A DNA stretch of 63,533 nt, counting the filler, from Octopus bimaculoides (taxonomy: Eukaryota), in NCBI RefSeq assembly GCF_001194135.2. It is 7 parts of 6 records of this genome, joined end to end, with 100 filler letters (N's around TTAATTAATTAA, not from the genome) between each part and the next. Parts side by side here need not be neighbours in the genome. Positions count along the whole stretch, not along the records: positions 15,892 to 25,903 come from NC_068987.1; positions 26,004 to 31,956 come from NC_068991.1; positions 32,057 to 38,169 come from NC_068991.1; 4 more parts are not named here. One strand, 5' to 3'. The translations under genes and the position numbers were made by a program. Shown here in pieces: positions 24,818-37,626 of this stretch. The stretch's first letter is position 1, and the number at the start of each line of letters is the position of its first letter. The notes beneath the pieces were generated by a model. It ran no database searches, was not told the DNA's origin, and saw only the letters and a program-made list of their open reading frames with translations.

Positions 24818-25128
24818 GGCGCTTAGCTTAGTGGTTATGGTATTCGGCTTACGATCGTAAGATCGTGAGTTCGATTCTCAGCGATGCGTTGTGTCCTTGA
24901 GCAAGACACTTTATTTCCCGTTGCTCCAGTCCACTCAGCTGGCAAAAATGAGTAGTACAAAGAGCCAGCATTGTCACACTCCGTGTTACGCTGAATCTCA
25001 CTGAGAACTACGTTAAGGGTACGCGTGTTTGTGCAGTGCCCAGCTACTTGCACGTTAATTTCACGTGCAGGCTGTTCCGCTGATCGGATCAACTGGAACA
25101 CTCGTCGTCGTAACCGACGGAGTGCCAG
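24818..25128 (+). mobile_element. SINE family D: own tRNA-like head plus the SINE-A 3' module
   Basis: A box TAGCTTAGTGG, B box GAGTTCGATTCT, middle GTGTCCTTGAGCAAGACACTT; 24964-25128 aligns to SINE-A 6119-6280. Confidence 0.85.
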
Positions 25129-25380
25129 TTACATATATGTATATTATATGATGGATTCTCCTGTCGAAAGCGATGTATGAGTGTTCAGCTTTTTTGCCGA
25201 ATGACCTGCACAGATGGTTTGTTTATAGTGATCAAATGTACGTGCTGTACATTAGCTCACTCCCTCCCTCCCTCAAATCGACGTTGCCTGATAACGTGTG
25301 CGGTGTACCACGTGTCAGGTGTCGAAGTGATCGCAGAAAAGCGAGAGAGAATAGGTCCTCGTAAGCATTAAAACTATATA

Positions 25381-25774
25381 TTACTCTTTTACTTTTTTAT
25401 TTGTTTCCGTCATTTGACTGCAGCCATGCTGGAGTACCGCCATTAGTCGAGCAAATCGACCCCACGACTTATTCTTTGTAAGTCTAGTACTTATTCTATC
25501 GGTCTCTTTTCCCGAACCGCTATGTTACGGAGACGTAAACACACTACCATCGGTTGTCAAGCGATGTTGGGGGAAAAAACATATGCACACACATACATAT
25601 ACACATATATACGACGGGCTTCTTTCAGTTTCCGTCTACCAAATCCACTCACACGGCTTTGGTCGGCCCGAGGCTATAGTAGAAGACACTTTCCCAAGTT
25701 GCCACGCAGTGGGAATGAACCCGGAACCATGTGGCTGGTAAACAAGCTACTTACCACTCAGCCACTCCTGCGCC
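25381..25774 (-). mobile_element. SINE family C, full length, with internal microsatellite
   Basis: Head GGCGCAGGAGTGGCTGAGTGGTAAG...GGGTTCATTCCC, internal (TA/TG)n, 3' module ending GCAGTCAAATGACGGAAACAAATAAAAAAGTAAAAGAG. Confidence 0.92.
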
Positions 25775-26003
25775 TATGGGTAATGAGTAAAAGGGACAAG
25801 TTTTAACAAATGTTATTAGTTTAACGCTTTAAAGGTAGAGAATAAGTCTTTGACGTTTCAGACGCGAGTTCTTCGCTAGAAAAAAAGATAGAGAAGAATG
25901 AATNNNNNNNNNNNNNNNNNNNNNNNNNNNNNNNNNNNNNNNNNNNNTTAATTAATTAANNNNNNNNNNNNNNNNNNNNNNNNNNNNNNNNNNNNNNNNN
26001 NNN

Positions 26004-26035
<32 letters not shown>

Positions 26036-26649
26036 ATTAATAGCTAAGCAGACAGATATATTGAGAGATGCGTACATGTAGATCTATACACCTATGCTTG
26101 TATATGTATGTGTTGTGCGTCTCCGTGTGCGTTTCTATATATGTATATATACACAGGTATACACAGGAGACTAGGAAATAGTCACATACTCGCTCTCTCT
26201 CGAGCACTCTATGAATGGCATCTAATTCTTTATATTTACATATGCCTAAAGATGTAAATAGTAGGTATTTATATAACTGTATAATTAAACATATATATAT
26301 TTGCATAACCCTATATATATATGGGTATAAATGTGTTNNNNNNNNNNAGTGGGAAAATATTCAATACAAGAACATAGGTATCAATTGTATTGCTAAATTT
26401 ACTACGAGTTACTATTTTTATGTTGCTGTCTTACCGCTTGTGGCTTAACTACGTCTTAGGTTTAAGACTTCATATTTATAATAAAACAATGACCGGCCAC
26501 GCATTATATTATTATGTCGTTATACATTTCACTTGTGAGAGCTCACGATTTCACCCGCTCCGGCTAATTATATAAGAACGGACAACAACCTTTCGTCAAT
26601 GCTCTCACAGAATCTGCTACCACGGTACCTAACACCCAAGTACCAATCT

Positions 26650-26848
26650 TAAAATACCCGTTCTCCCCCAATAAAGCAGTTTTCTGAGTATGGTTTACCT
26701 TTGTTCTAATCACAATTTCTTCAACTAATTTCTGAATCTTTGTTGTTAATCCTGCCAGTGCCCCTTCAATTGCTGGTATGTCAGTTACTTTCTTCATTGC
26801 CCACATTCGTCAATCTCACTGCTTTGCACCTCTCAATATTTTCTAGTT
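26650..26848 (-). mobile_element. R4/Dong-type LINE C-terminal fragment, family 1, decayed
   Basis: MWAMKKVTDIPAIEGAL...VNHTQKTALLG is homologous to LWSMKKVAVVSIIDGAL...VEHLQKTALLG at 10932-11366. Confidence 0.8.
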
Positions 26849-26851
26849 CTG

Positions 26852-27050
26852 AAGGCGGCGAGCTGGAAGAAACGTTAGCACGCCGGGCGAAATGCTTAGC
26901 AGTATTTTGTTTGTCTTTACGTTCTGTGTTCAAACTCCGCCCGAGATCGACTTTGCCTTTCATCCTTTCGGGATCGATGAATTAAGTACTAGTTGTTTTC
27001 TGAGGTCGATCTAATCAACTGAGCCCCTCCCCAAAAATTTTGAGCCTTAA
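26852..27050 (+). mobile_element. SINE family B (a further 3' part at 27417-27535)
   Basis: Head, core and B2-like tail visible. Confidence 0.88.
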
Positions 27051-27571
27051 CACATGTCATTGATGCATGGACGTAGCGGCGAACTTACACAAGTTTTTAA
27101 GTCTAATCACGTAATCATCCCCAGCCAATCNNNNNNNNNNNNNNNNNNNNNNNNNNNNNNNNNNNNNNNNNNNNNNNNNNNNNNNNNNNNNNNNNNNNNN
27201 NNNNNNNNNNNNNNNNNNNNNNNNNNNNNNNNNNNNNNNNNNNNNNNNNNNNNNNNNNNNNNNNNNNNNNNNNNNNNNNNNNNNNNNNNNNNNNNNNNNN
27301 NNNNNNNNNNNNNNNNNNNNNNNNNNNNNNNNNNNNNNNNNNNNNNNNNNNNNNNNNNNNNNNNNNNNNNNNNNNNNNNNNNNNNNNNNNNNNNNNNNNN
27401 NNNNNNNNNNNNNNNNTTGCCTTTGATCCTTTCGGGGTCGATAAATTAAATACCAGTTGCGTACTGGGGTCTTTCTAATCAACTGGCCCCCTCCCAAAAA
27501 AATTCGAGCCGTTTGCCTAGAGTAGAAAAGAATATTTTTTCCAGTTCGTTATTCTCTCCTCCTACATCTCA

Positions 27572-27906
27572 GATATTGCCATCTGTTGGTATTGATACAT
27601 CAATTAGAAAGCATTTTTTTTTCATGATCTCTGACAACTATATCTGGCATATTGGCCTTAATTTCTCTATCTGTGTATATTGGCATATCCCATAGTATTA
27701 TTGCTTTCTCATTTTCTGTGACCTTTTCTGGCGTGTGCCTATACCATCTTTAATCTGTTGTTATTCCATAGGGTTGGTATAGCTTCCAGTGCATGCAGGT
27801 CCCAACTCTGTCCTTCTGTCCCAACTATATTCCTTCTTAGCCAGGACTGGGCAGCCAGAGACAATATGACTTATTGCTTCTTGTCCATCTCCATCTCCAC
27901 CTCCAC
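27572..27906 (-). mobile_element. R4/Dong-type LINE fragment, family 2, 5' junction in (TAA)n
   Basis: QEAISHIVSGCPVLAKKEY...HWKL...WYRHTPEKVTENEKAIILWDMPIYTDREIKANMPDIVV / CFLIDVSIPTD. Not in the ORF track because of stops. Confidence 0.88.
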
Positions 27907-27914
27907 CTTATTAA

Positions 27915-27971
<57 letters not shown>

Positions 27972-28382
27972 TATTATTATCTTGTTGTTGTTGTTGTTGT
28001 TGTTGTAACAAATAATATGTATTGCAAATCAGAAATCAATTACACCGATAAGCGATAAACACGCAACTCCAAGCGATAAGAGAAAGTAATTCGAGATTTC
28101 AGTGCTACAATAAACGTAAACACATACACACACACACACATAAGACATTTGTGTTCTTCTTATACCTACCGACCACATAGAACCAGCCCTGAGTTGGATC
28201 TACGGTTAAAACTGGATTTGGTACTTATAATTTTTACGATATCCTACCAACACATGAAACCTCAGGGTTGATTCACCTCTCTGAGAACCTCATGTTATTG
28301 TATCTAGCCAACTTGTGTCCTACGTATTGATGTGCCTTGGTTTTAATGAATCCTGCTACTAATCTCTCCCTCTCTCTCTCAC

Positions 28383-28423
<41 letters not shown>

Positions 28424-29699
28424 NNNNNNNNNNNNNNNNNNNNNNNNNNNNNNNNNNNNNNNNNNNNNNNNNNNNNNNNNNNNNNNNNNNNNNNNNNNNN
28501 NNNNNNNNNNNNNNNNNNNNNNNNNNNNNNNNNNNNNNNNNNNNNNNNNNNNNNNNNNNNNNNNNNNNNNNNNNNNNNNNNNNNNNNNNNNNNNNNNNNN
28601 NNNNNNNNNNNNNNNNNNNNNNNNNNNNNNNNNNNNNNNNNNNNNNNNNNNNNNNNNNNNNNNNNNNNNNNNNNNNNNNNNNNNNNNNNNNNNNNNNNNN
28701 NNNNNNNNNNNNNNNNNNNNNNNNNNNNNNNNNNNNNNNNNNNNNNNNNNNNNNNNNNNNNNNNNNNNNNNNNNNNNNNNNNNNNNNNNNNNNNNNNNNN
28801 NNNNNNNNNNNNNNNNNNNNNNNNNNNNNNNNNNNNNNNNNNNNNNNNNNNNNNNNNNNNNNNNNNNNNNNNNNNNNNNNNNNNNNNNNNNNNNNNNNNN
28901 NNNNNNNNNNNNNNNNNNNNNNNNNNNNNNNNNNNNNNNNNNNNNNNNNNNNNNNNNNNNNNNNNNNNNNNNNNNNNNNNNNNNNNNNNNNNNNNNNNNN
29001 NNNNNNNNNNNNNNNNNNNNNNNNNNNNNNNNNNNNNNNNNNNNNNNNNNNNNNNNNNNNNNNNNNNNNNNNNNNNNNNNNNNNNNNNNNNNNNNNNNNN
29101 NNNNNNNNNNNNNNNNNNNNNNNNNNNNNNNNNNNNNNNNNNNNNNNNNNNNNNNNNNNNNNNNNNNNNNNNNNNNNNNNNNNNNNNNNNNNNNNNNNNN
29201 NNNNNNNNNNNNNNNNNNNNNNNNNNNNNNNNNNNNNNNNNNNNNNNNNNNNNNNNNNNNNNNNNNNNNNNNNNNNNNNNNNNNNNNNNNNNNNNNNNNN
29301 NNNNNNNNNNNNNNNTATATATACACTGTATATATACACAGCTCAGCTGTGAATACTGCAACAGACTGTTTATTAGTTCTGAAATTCTAAAAAATATTTC
29401 ATTAATTTATCAAATCTTATCTCTGGTTTTTTTTTTTCGTTTTTATTTAATTAATTTTATTCTCCTTCTTCATTCCTTCTTCTCTTTCCTTTTCTTTTTT
29501 TCTAACATCGTCCTTTCATTCTCTCAAACATTAATCCTTCTCTCATAATTTCTTCCCTGATTCTTCATGTTTTTTTTCTTTCTTCATTTTTTTTTTTACT
29601 TCTCTCGCTTTTTCTATCCCCTCCCACCCCTCTTCTTCCCTGTCCATCTTTTCTTCTTTTTGGTTTAATTTTTTCATTGTCTGTTGAATTTTTTTTATT

Positions 29700-30319
29700 C
29701 TTAATTATTCGTATTTTTTTTAAAGTTTTTTCACATTTTTTCTCGATTATTTTTCTTCCCTCCTCATTTTTTCTTTCTCTTCCCGTTCCTCATTCTCCAC
29801 CTCTCCTCATGCTACTCCAACTACTACTACTACTACTAAAACTACTGTTACTACTGCTTCTACTACAGCTATTACTGTTTCCACTGCTACTACTACTACT
29901 ACTACTACTATAACCACTACTACTAAAACTATTACTGCTGCAGCTGCTCCCCCTACATCTGCTAGCAGTACTACTATTACTACTTCCATTACCACTCCCC
30001 ACCTCCTCTTCCTCCTCTTCCTCTTCTTCTTCGCTACCACTTCTACCTCCTCCGCTTCCTATTCCCCCTCTTCCTCCCCTTTCTCCCCTCCTCTTCCACT
30101 TTCTCCTTTTTCTCCTGCTCCATCTTTTCTTCATCCTCCCCTTCCCTTTCCTCCTTTTCCTCCCTCTCCACCTCTTTCTCCTCCGAATCCTCTCCCTCCT
30201 TTTCCTCTTCCACCTTCTCCTCTTTCTCCTTCTCCTCCACTCCCACCCCTTTCTCCACCACTTTCTCCTCTCCCCTCCTAGTCTTCCTCCTCCTCCTCCT
30301 CCTCCTCCTACTACTACTA

Positions 30320-30390
<71 letters not shown>
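29700..30390. repeat. Polypyrimidine, (CTA)n and (CTC)n low-complexity region
   Basis: Direct. Confidence 0.9.
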
Positions 30391-30391
<1 letters not shown>

Positions 30392-31039
30392 TTTCTCTTG
30401 CTTTTAAATTCATATTTCGAAGCATGACATCTCAGTAACTATTGTAGCCGTGTAAACGTGTGTGCATGCGCGTGTAGTCAAAACTTCTTACAAGAAACAG
30501 TAACTAAATCACCCTCAACCGTCGAACTGCCGTCGTCAATAGCATATTATATCGTTTAACGTTATTTCATGTTTCCTGCACAGAGGAGACCTAGGTGATA
30601 CCCGTTAAAATGTGTTTGGTGGTCGATACCGTCAATAAACTTTGACTTAAAGCTAAACAACACAAGATAAATTAATGCAGGAACCAATAAATATACTTCA
30701 GAAATTGTAGAATGGTTGCCGTAGAATTTTGATGATTTCAGGAAATTCTTCACACACAGACATCATTTGCATAAAGGAACTAAACTGGAGTCAGTGTTAG
30801 TGTCGTTAATGCGAAGAGCTACAGGGAAATGTTTATGCAGTGACGGAAAGATAATAGAACTGTATATTACTCAATATAAATATATATATATATATATTGT
30901 ATATCATTGCATATTGATTATTTCGTCATATAGGGAGAAAACGTCCAGGTATGTTTCGGATTATTGAGACCTCATCAGCGAAGCACAGTCTACAAGGTAA
31001 TTGCAGAAGTTAGTAATGGATCTACTGACTATTCACAGT

Positions 31040-31200
31040 TGGACAAAGTATACATTATTTACATTATTTACATTTGACGGATATCTGTTCTCATCTTGTT
31101 TGTTGTTAACACAACGTTTCGGCTGATATACTTTCCAGCATTCATCAGGTGTTTTGGGGAAATTTCGAATTTGGGTTCTCATTCCTAAGGTATTTTTCCA
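31040..31200 (-). mobile_element. Penelope-like terminal repeat with minimal type I hammerhead (31108-31153)
   Basis: AACAC-CUGAUGA-A-UGCUGG(loop)UCAGCC-GAAAC-GUU-GUGUU: 5-bp stem I, palindromic ACGU stem III, G10.1 mutated to U. Confidence 0.75.
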
Positions 31201-31223
31201 TGTTGTTGTTGTTGTTGTTGTTG

Positions 31224-31273
<50 letters not shown>

Positions 31274-32805
31274 GCGTGTTGTAACAGATCACTCGTGAAT
31301 CCCATTATGCCGTCCATCATTAGTTCTCTCGAGCTTATATATCCTGCTATCAGATTCGCAGAAAGCCTATTACATAACCTCAATTAACCAAGTTAACATT
31401 TTCTCATTAAATACTTAATACACATTAATATTACAATCTTCCTCTCCATATGTTGGATATATATCCGTATGATTTGCTTCCGTCATTTTTACTATCCTAC
31501 CGTTTATTATAATACATCTACGTGGTATAATTTCAAATACATCATTTATTTAGCTCATATGTTATTTATTACACAATTATACGTCATTGTTGGTAAAAAT
31601 TCATGACACTCGTCAGTGTGACATAATTTTTAGCTCATATTTGTTCAAATTATGCAAATAGCCTTCAGCCATTATTGTTTTCGCAATTCATTTCGCAAAT
31701 TTGTTTTTATTTCTTATTAACTTTGGCGGTTTCTAAGGTTGTATAATTGAGTGACATCTACAAATGTAGCAGAAACAGATATCTGCAGCTGTTGTCTTTT
31801 GTCTCCAGATAAAGGGGAAAAAATGGACTGACTTTTTCAAAATGGCGACTCAATTCCGTAGAATCCTTGGTTCTTGAAAATATCTCTCCCCATTTGCATT
31901 GTGCTGCAATGGTCACCATACGTTTGAAGACGCATATACATATATATATATATATANNNNNNNNNNNNNNNNNNNNNNNNNNNNNNNNNNNNNNNNNNNN
32001 TTAATTAATTAANNNNNNNNNNNNNNNNNNNNNNNNNNNNNNNNNNNNNNNNNNNNTATATATATATATATATATATGTATGTATTATATGAGTGTATTT
32101 GTGTGTGTGTAAATGTTTGTGTGCATTTATATGTGTATCAGAGAAAGTGTGTGTGTGTGTGCGTGTGTGTATGTGTGTGCCTATAAGCAACTAACTGTTG
32201 AGAAGAAATGTATGAATGGAAACTAAAATACACAACGTTTACTGCAGTTGTATTAATAGTCGCAGAAACAATGGAATTGGTCCTATCCACCCCACTCAAC
32301 AAAAACACATAATAACAACGAAAAATTCAAATATAAATAAAGGAATACAAACAATAAAAAAAAATCAAGAAAAATTAATAACACGAGAAATAAAGCTGAA
32401 ATAAGAAATAAAATAAAGAAAATATCTTTAAAAATAAAAAAATAAAATTACCAGAAGCAATTTATTATGATAATTCGTCATTGTTAATACATCTCCACCT
32501 CCCTTTATACACAATTTCAAACTCCTGGCTGTATGTGTGTGTGTGTGTGTGTATTCATACGCATATATATACGTATATAGTTGGTATTCTCTCATCACAT
32601 CTTCTCCACACACACGCTTTCTCTGTCTCTCTGTCTCTCTCACCTATGCACACATACACACACATACATGCAAAGATACTCATCATACACCTCTGTAGCT
32701 ATACTTAGCTCTAAAGTAATTTGTATAGCTGTCTATCTATGTTGACATCTTCATGTAGAATACACAGATACATATATTTATGCGCACACATACGCACACA
32801 CACCA

Positions 32806-32840
<35 letters not shown>

Positions 32841-32843
<3 letters not shown>

Positions 32844-32992
32844 CAATAAGAAAATTGAGGGGATGACATGGTATGTCATAAGTGTCTGTATATTGTGTTT
32901 TTTGTCAATTTAGTTATAAAATAAACAGATTAATCAACGGAATACTGCAAGTTGATGAGTACCTCATATTCCCCTCCATTTTCTTATTGCTA
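32841..32992. mobile_element. MITE with 23-bp terminal inverted repeats (including flanking TA), at the edge of a (TA)n tract
   Basis: TAGCAATAAGAAAATTGAGGGGA versus reverse complement TAGCAATAAGAAAATGGAGGGGA (1 mismatch); TA flanks suggest Tc1/mariner type. Confidence 0.8.
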
Positions 32993-33146
32993 TATAAATT
33001 TAGGGTAAAACAAAACCCTTTTACCCGCACCCACTTACTGTACTTGGTATAACACTAGTGTAACAATAATTGGGTACCATCCCAGCAGTATATTGGATAG
33101 ATATTATCCCTTAGTGGGTTGGATCCTCAACCCCTAACTCTCTTGG

Positions 33147-33183
<37 letters not shown>

Positions 33184-33389
33184 TTGTGTACGTGAGTGAC
33201 GAATTAACAAGTTGTATAGTAAGCAACTAGTCTAGAATAAAGATTAATGCATGATACATGATTACACTTTTTTTTCCTGAGAAACTCTCTAGTGTTGATG
33301 ACACGTTGAAATGAGCCCTGTATATGTTGTAAATTGATTGGCATAAGAAAGAGTATGAATCCATACTAGACATACAAACAAATAATAAT

Positions 33390-33570
33390 AATGATTTCAA
33401 ATTTTGGCACAAGGCCAGCAAAATCCGTGGGTGGTGAGGTAAGTTGATTATATGGACCCCAGTGCCCAATTGGTACTAATTTTATCGACTCCAAAAGGAT
33501 GAAAGGCGAACGGCATTGCGTTCATTCATGTCCGACATGCAGGACACGAAATATTTGTGGCAATGGTGGC
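33390..33570 (-). mobile_element. SINE family B, B3 tail, decayed
   Basis: Reverse complement has GCCTTTCATCCTTTTGGAGTCGATAAAATTAGTACC...GCTGGCCTTGTGCCAAAATTTGAA. Confidence 0.75.
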
Positions 33571-34481
33571 ACTGCTGTTGATAATAATAAGGAACATTCT
33601 CTCTCTCACACATACATACACACACGTGCACACAGACATACACACGTCAAAAGCCACTCAAGGCAAGTCACTAAATGCTTATATGGTTATTTCTAATTTG
33701 AACTATAGTTAAAAATCTATTTTACTCTGAACCTATGTTAATTCAACTTAAATCCAATTTAGTTCCGTATCTTTTCTAATTATGCAGTCACTCGATCACA
33801 TGGTTCATATCGTTCCCATGTTACCTAAGATACGTTCTGTACAGTTCTACATTATCTAATGTCTCCTTCCCATTACCTTTATTTTATTCTCTCATGATAT
33901 CAGGGTGTGCTCTTAATATAACTTGCTCTGCGCCCAGTTATATTTTCTTATATATATTCATTGTCATGAGATATCTCCATGATATTTACTAAACCAATTT
34001 GATCTCCTCTTGATCGCTGCTTTATTTCGACAGTACGACACGCGACAAGCATTATTTAGGGGAGTGGTAGAGGTCCAAACATACGTGTGTCAGCCGTATC
34101 GTTGCGTAGGTTTGAAGCGTTTGAAGTAGCAAACGAGGGACAAAAATAAAAGAAATGTCCGCAACTATAACTTGTTATAAAAGGCTTATGTAGAAACATT
34201 TACCTATAGCTAATAAAATGCATTTACCACATATAGCTGACACCCTAATAACAAAAATATTGAAGAAAATATTTACTACACCTGGTGTAAGGTATTTGAA
34301 TATATATATATATATATATATATANNNNNNNNNNNNNNNNNNNNNNNNNNNNNNNNNNNNNNNNNNNNNNNNNNNNNNNNNNNNNNNNNNNNNNNNNNNN
34401 NNNNNNNNNNNNNNNNNNNNNNNNNNNNNNNNNNNNNNNNNNNNNNNNNNNNNNNNNNNNNNNNNNNNNNNNNNNNNNNNN

Positions 34482-34709
34482 GGGGGGGGGGACAAACACA
34501 GACACACAAACATATACACACACATACATATATATATACATATATACGACGGGCTTCTTTAAGTTTCCGTCTACCAAATCCACTCACAAGGCTTTGGTCG
34601 GCCCGAGGCTATAGTAGAAGATACTTGCCGAAGGTGCCACGCAGTGGGACTGAACCCGGAACCATGTGGTTGGTAGGCAAGCTACTTACCACACACCAAC
34701 TCCTACACC
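34482..34709 (-). mobile_element. SINE family C, 5' half up to internal microsatellite and gap
   Basis: Close match to the head of 25381-25774. Confidence 0.9.
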
Positions 34710-35901
34710 TATATATATTCTCTTACCTCATACTTTGTATGTTTCTTAAATTATTACCTGGAGTAAGGGAACTCAGACTATCTTCCAATCGTTGTTTTTA
34801 CATTGTGTACCCGTAATTAGTTGAGGTGAAATATACTGTCAAACATATGGAATAAAAGGATGTGCGCCAATGTAAAGAATACAATAAGTGTTTAAAGATC
34901 GAAGTTAAATGGTCTTGGAGCGTTCTGAACTGAACCCAACGCTTTCGTATCGTACCTTATCTCAAATATCAATGATGGACAATCAAGGGATTTTACCCAG
35001 CAGGGTGGATAAAATATTGGATATAATACGTAGGTCTTTGTGGAAATTTTAGTGGCCAGGTAAAGTGAAACGATGAAACGTTGTTTCGAGACAACTGTTG
35101 GCCAACTAATGAACTTTTCTACATCTCCAAGGTCCCTAAAATAATAGATAAAATAAGTGCAAGAGAGGGTTTTTCTCGATAATCTGAAGCCCAGTTAAAG
35201 CGAAGCATTGATTAGCAGCAACGGTTCCTAGTTGGATAATTCAACCACACTTCTGTGTATATTTGTACCTGATTGCATGGGTGCCAGTATGCATGCTGGC
35301 ATGTGTGTGCATTTTTGTCTGTGCCGCCTAGAAGAAATGGCTTTAACGAGAAATGAGACGCAAACTGACGAATATGGCTTGTGTTTTAGAGCAACACTAG
35401 TAACATGATAACCGTTTTCTGTATCTTGATTTCTTGATCAAGACATTTAACTTTGCTTGCCTTTCAGAAGAAACAAATTAAATCATATTCTTATTGAGAG
35501 TAGCACGGTTGTATGCTATGCAAGTTCGTATCCCGCTACTGGCATTAGATTTATAGCATTGCAGAGTATGATTAACAAAAAGGGTAATTAACTTTATATG
35601 CCATCCTCTTCCCTTCTTTCTACAATCAGACAACGAGAGGTTTCATGCTTAATTAGGAAATAATTATGTTAAATAATCCGTTGCCGTATCTGTGCGCCCG
35701 TACGCTTGTATGTATGTGTGTATGCAGTTTGTATAAATGCATGAATGCGTATATGTATGTGTGCTTGTGCACGAATTAATATATTCAATATAATAAACGT
35801 GTAACATAAAACATGGCAATACCTCTATATATTTTCAATCTATAAAAAGTGACAGGCAGTAGCAAAACAAGTGATTGCTATATAACCCAGTGAATCAACT
35901 C

Positions 35902-36430
35902 CAGTAATACCTCACTTTACGAGGACCCGTTTTACGAGATACCGGGTTTAAGAGTTTTATTTTTCAAGCACAAAATCCAAATTTTGAACGAAGTGCAAAA
36001 CTTTCTACTACCATAACAAATGCTTCTGCGTGTTACCGAGAAATTTATAGAGAGCGAAAAAAAGCTTCTAAGCAAACAACTCCAGACCTGTTTTTTTTTT
36101 TAAAGAAATCCATAAGTACGTTTACGAGTGCTTGTGAATCAGCAATCACGTCTACAAGTGATGGTGCGCTTGAGTCTAGTCCGAGTGGAAATGATTCAGA
36201 AAACGATTATGATAATATTTTTTTTATTATAAAGGATCTTGACATTCTTTTTACTTTACATAAAATATTTTTTCCATTTTACTGTACATTATACTGCCAT
36301 TTACTTACGAGCATTATAAATTTTATAGGCAAAATATTTTCTGGGAACGAATTACGATTTATAACATTATTACTATGGGAAATTATTGCTCTGTTTTACG
36401 AGTTTTTGCTTCACGAGCGACCTCCGTGGA
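35902..36430 (+). mobile_element. Tigger/pogo-type internally deleted element
   Basis: Starts CAGTAATACCTCACTTTACGAG (CAGT-type TIR); encodes PNFERSAKLSTTITNASACYREIYRERKK, resembling the Tigger transposase C-terminus. Right TIR not found. Confidence 0.7.
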
Positions 36431-37073
36431 AAAATAGCTGTATATTTCACCAGTTTTTTGTTTATTGTCCAAAAATCCACACCCACGATGGCTGCCATTG
36501 TTAATAAAGTTGTTATTTTAAGCGCTGACGCGACCTCATTAGGTTGGTAGATACGCTAGTCGTGACCGTGAATGGGAAATGAGGTGACGTATCGGTCGAG
36601 AAGATCGACCGTATGTTTGTGTGGTTAAGACATTTGCTCTGTAACCACATAATAGTGGATCTGAGTTCGATGCCAGTATGAGCCAAATTAGGGAAACTGT
36701 GTGGAAGAGTTAGTGCTGACAATGAATTGAGAATGACATTTCTAAGGCAGAATAAGTAGGGAAATGCATCACATATTTGTGAATGTGTATATACGTATGT
36801 GTACACACACACAGACGCACGCACGCTCACACACAAACAAACACACACGCACGCACTAACACACACGCACGCCCACACGCACACATACAGACACACAAAC
36901 GCACACGCACGCACACATATACACACGCACGCAAGCACACAAACACACACGCACACGCACACACACACACAGGTTTATGTTGATATAGATATATGCTTGT
37001 GTGAATAATATATAGGTTTATGTATGTATGTATGTATGTATGTAGGTATTTATTATGTATGTATGTATGTATG

Positions 37074-37626
37074 TCATTCACTTTTATTCCAAGATTTCTT
37101 GGCAATAGAGAAAGAACCGGTTTCTAACCTAGATCCATAGCTCCTTACTGGAATTTCAACATCAACCACAGGGCATTTTTGTTTGTATGTATGTATAGGT
37201 GTAGATTTGTATGTTTTGTTTTATATCTGTATTCTCGTGCATATAATTCCATATCTAGACTTGCTCATATATATATTTGAATGCTAAACTTCTGGAAAGT
37301 TTTACAGATTTTTACAGTTCCAGTACTGGTTTAGATCTGTAGTCTTCGAATTAACTTTCTAGTATCTGGTTTTGAGAAACCTAATTTCTCAAGATTGGTA
37401 TCTAAGCAGTGTGTTACATATCCCAGGGCCTCAATAATTTCAGGTATAAACACCTGAACTTGTAATCTGGATAGACTAACTGCAGATTTCTCAATAGTTC
37501 ATCAAAGGTATTCTCTTTTTCACAGATATTCAGTTTATGTTAATATCCACTGGGCTGCTAATTTCCGTAACTGTACACAAGTTCTCTTCTCTATCCCAAA
37601 TCATTATATCAGGTCTGTTGTGCTTA
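37074..37626 (-). mobile_element. R4/Dong-type LINE 3' fragment, family 3 (second copy)
   Basis: Homologous to about 22690-23265; CATA tail; 5' flank TACAGACAGACAGACATGCA. Confidence 0.9.

Noticed and set aside
29790-30425. Arg/Lys/Glu/Ser-rich ORFs
   Set aside because: Translations of polypurine and trinucleotide low-complexity DNA.
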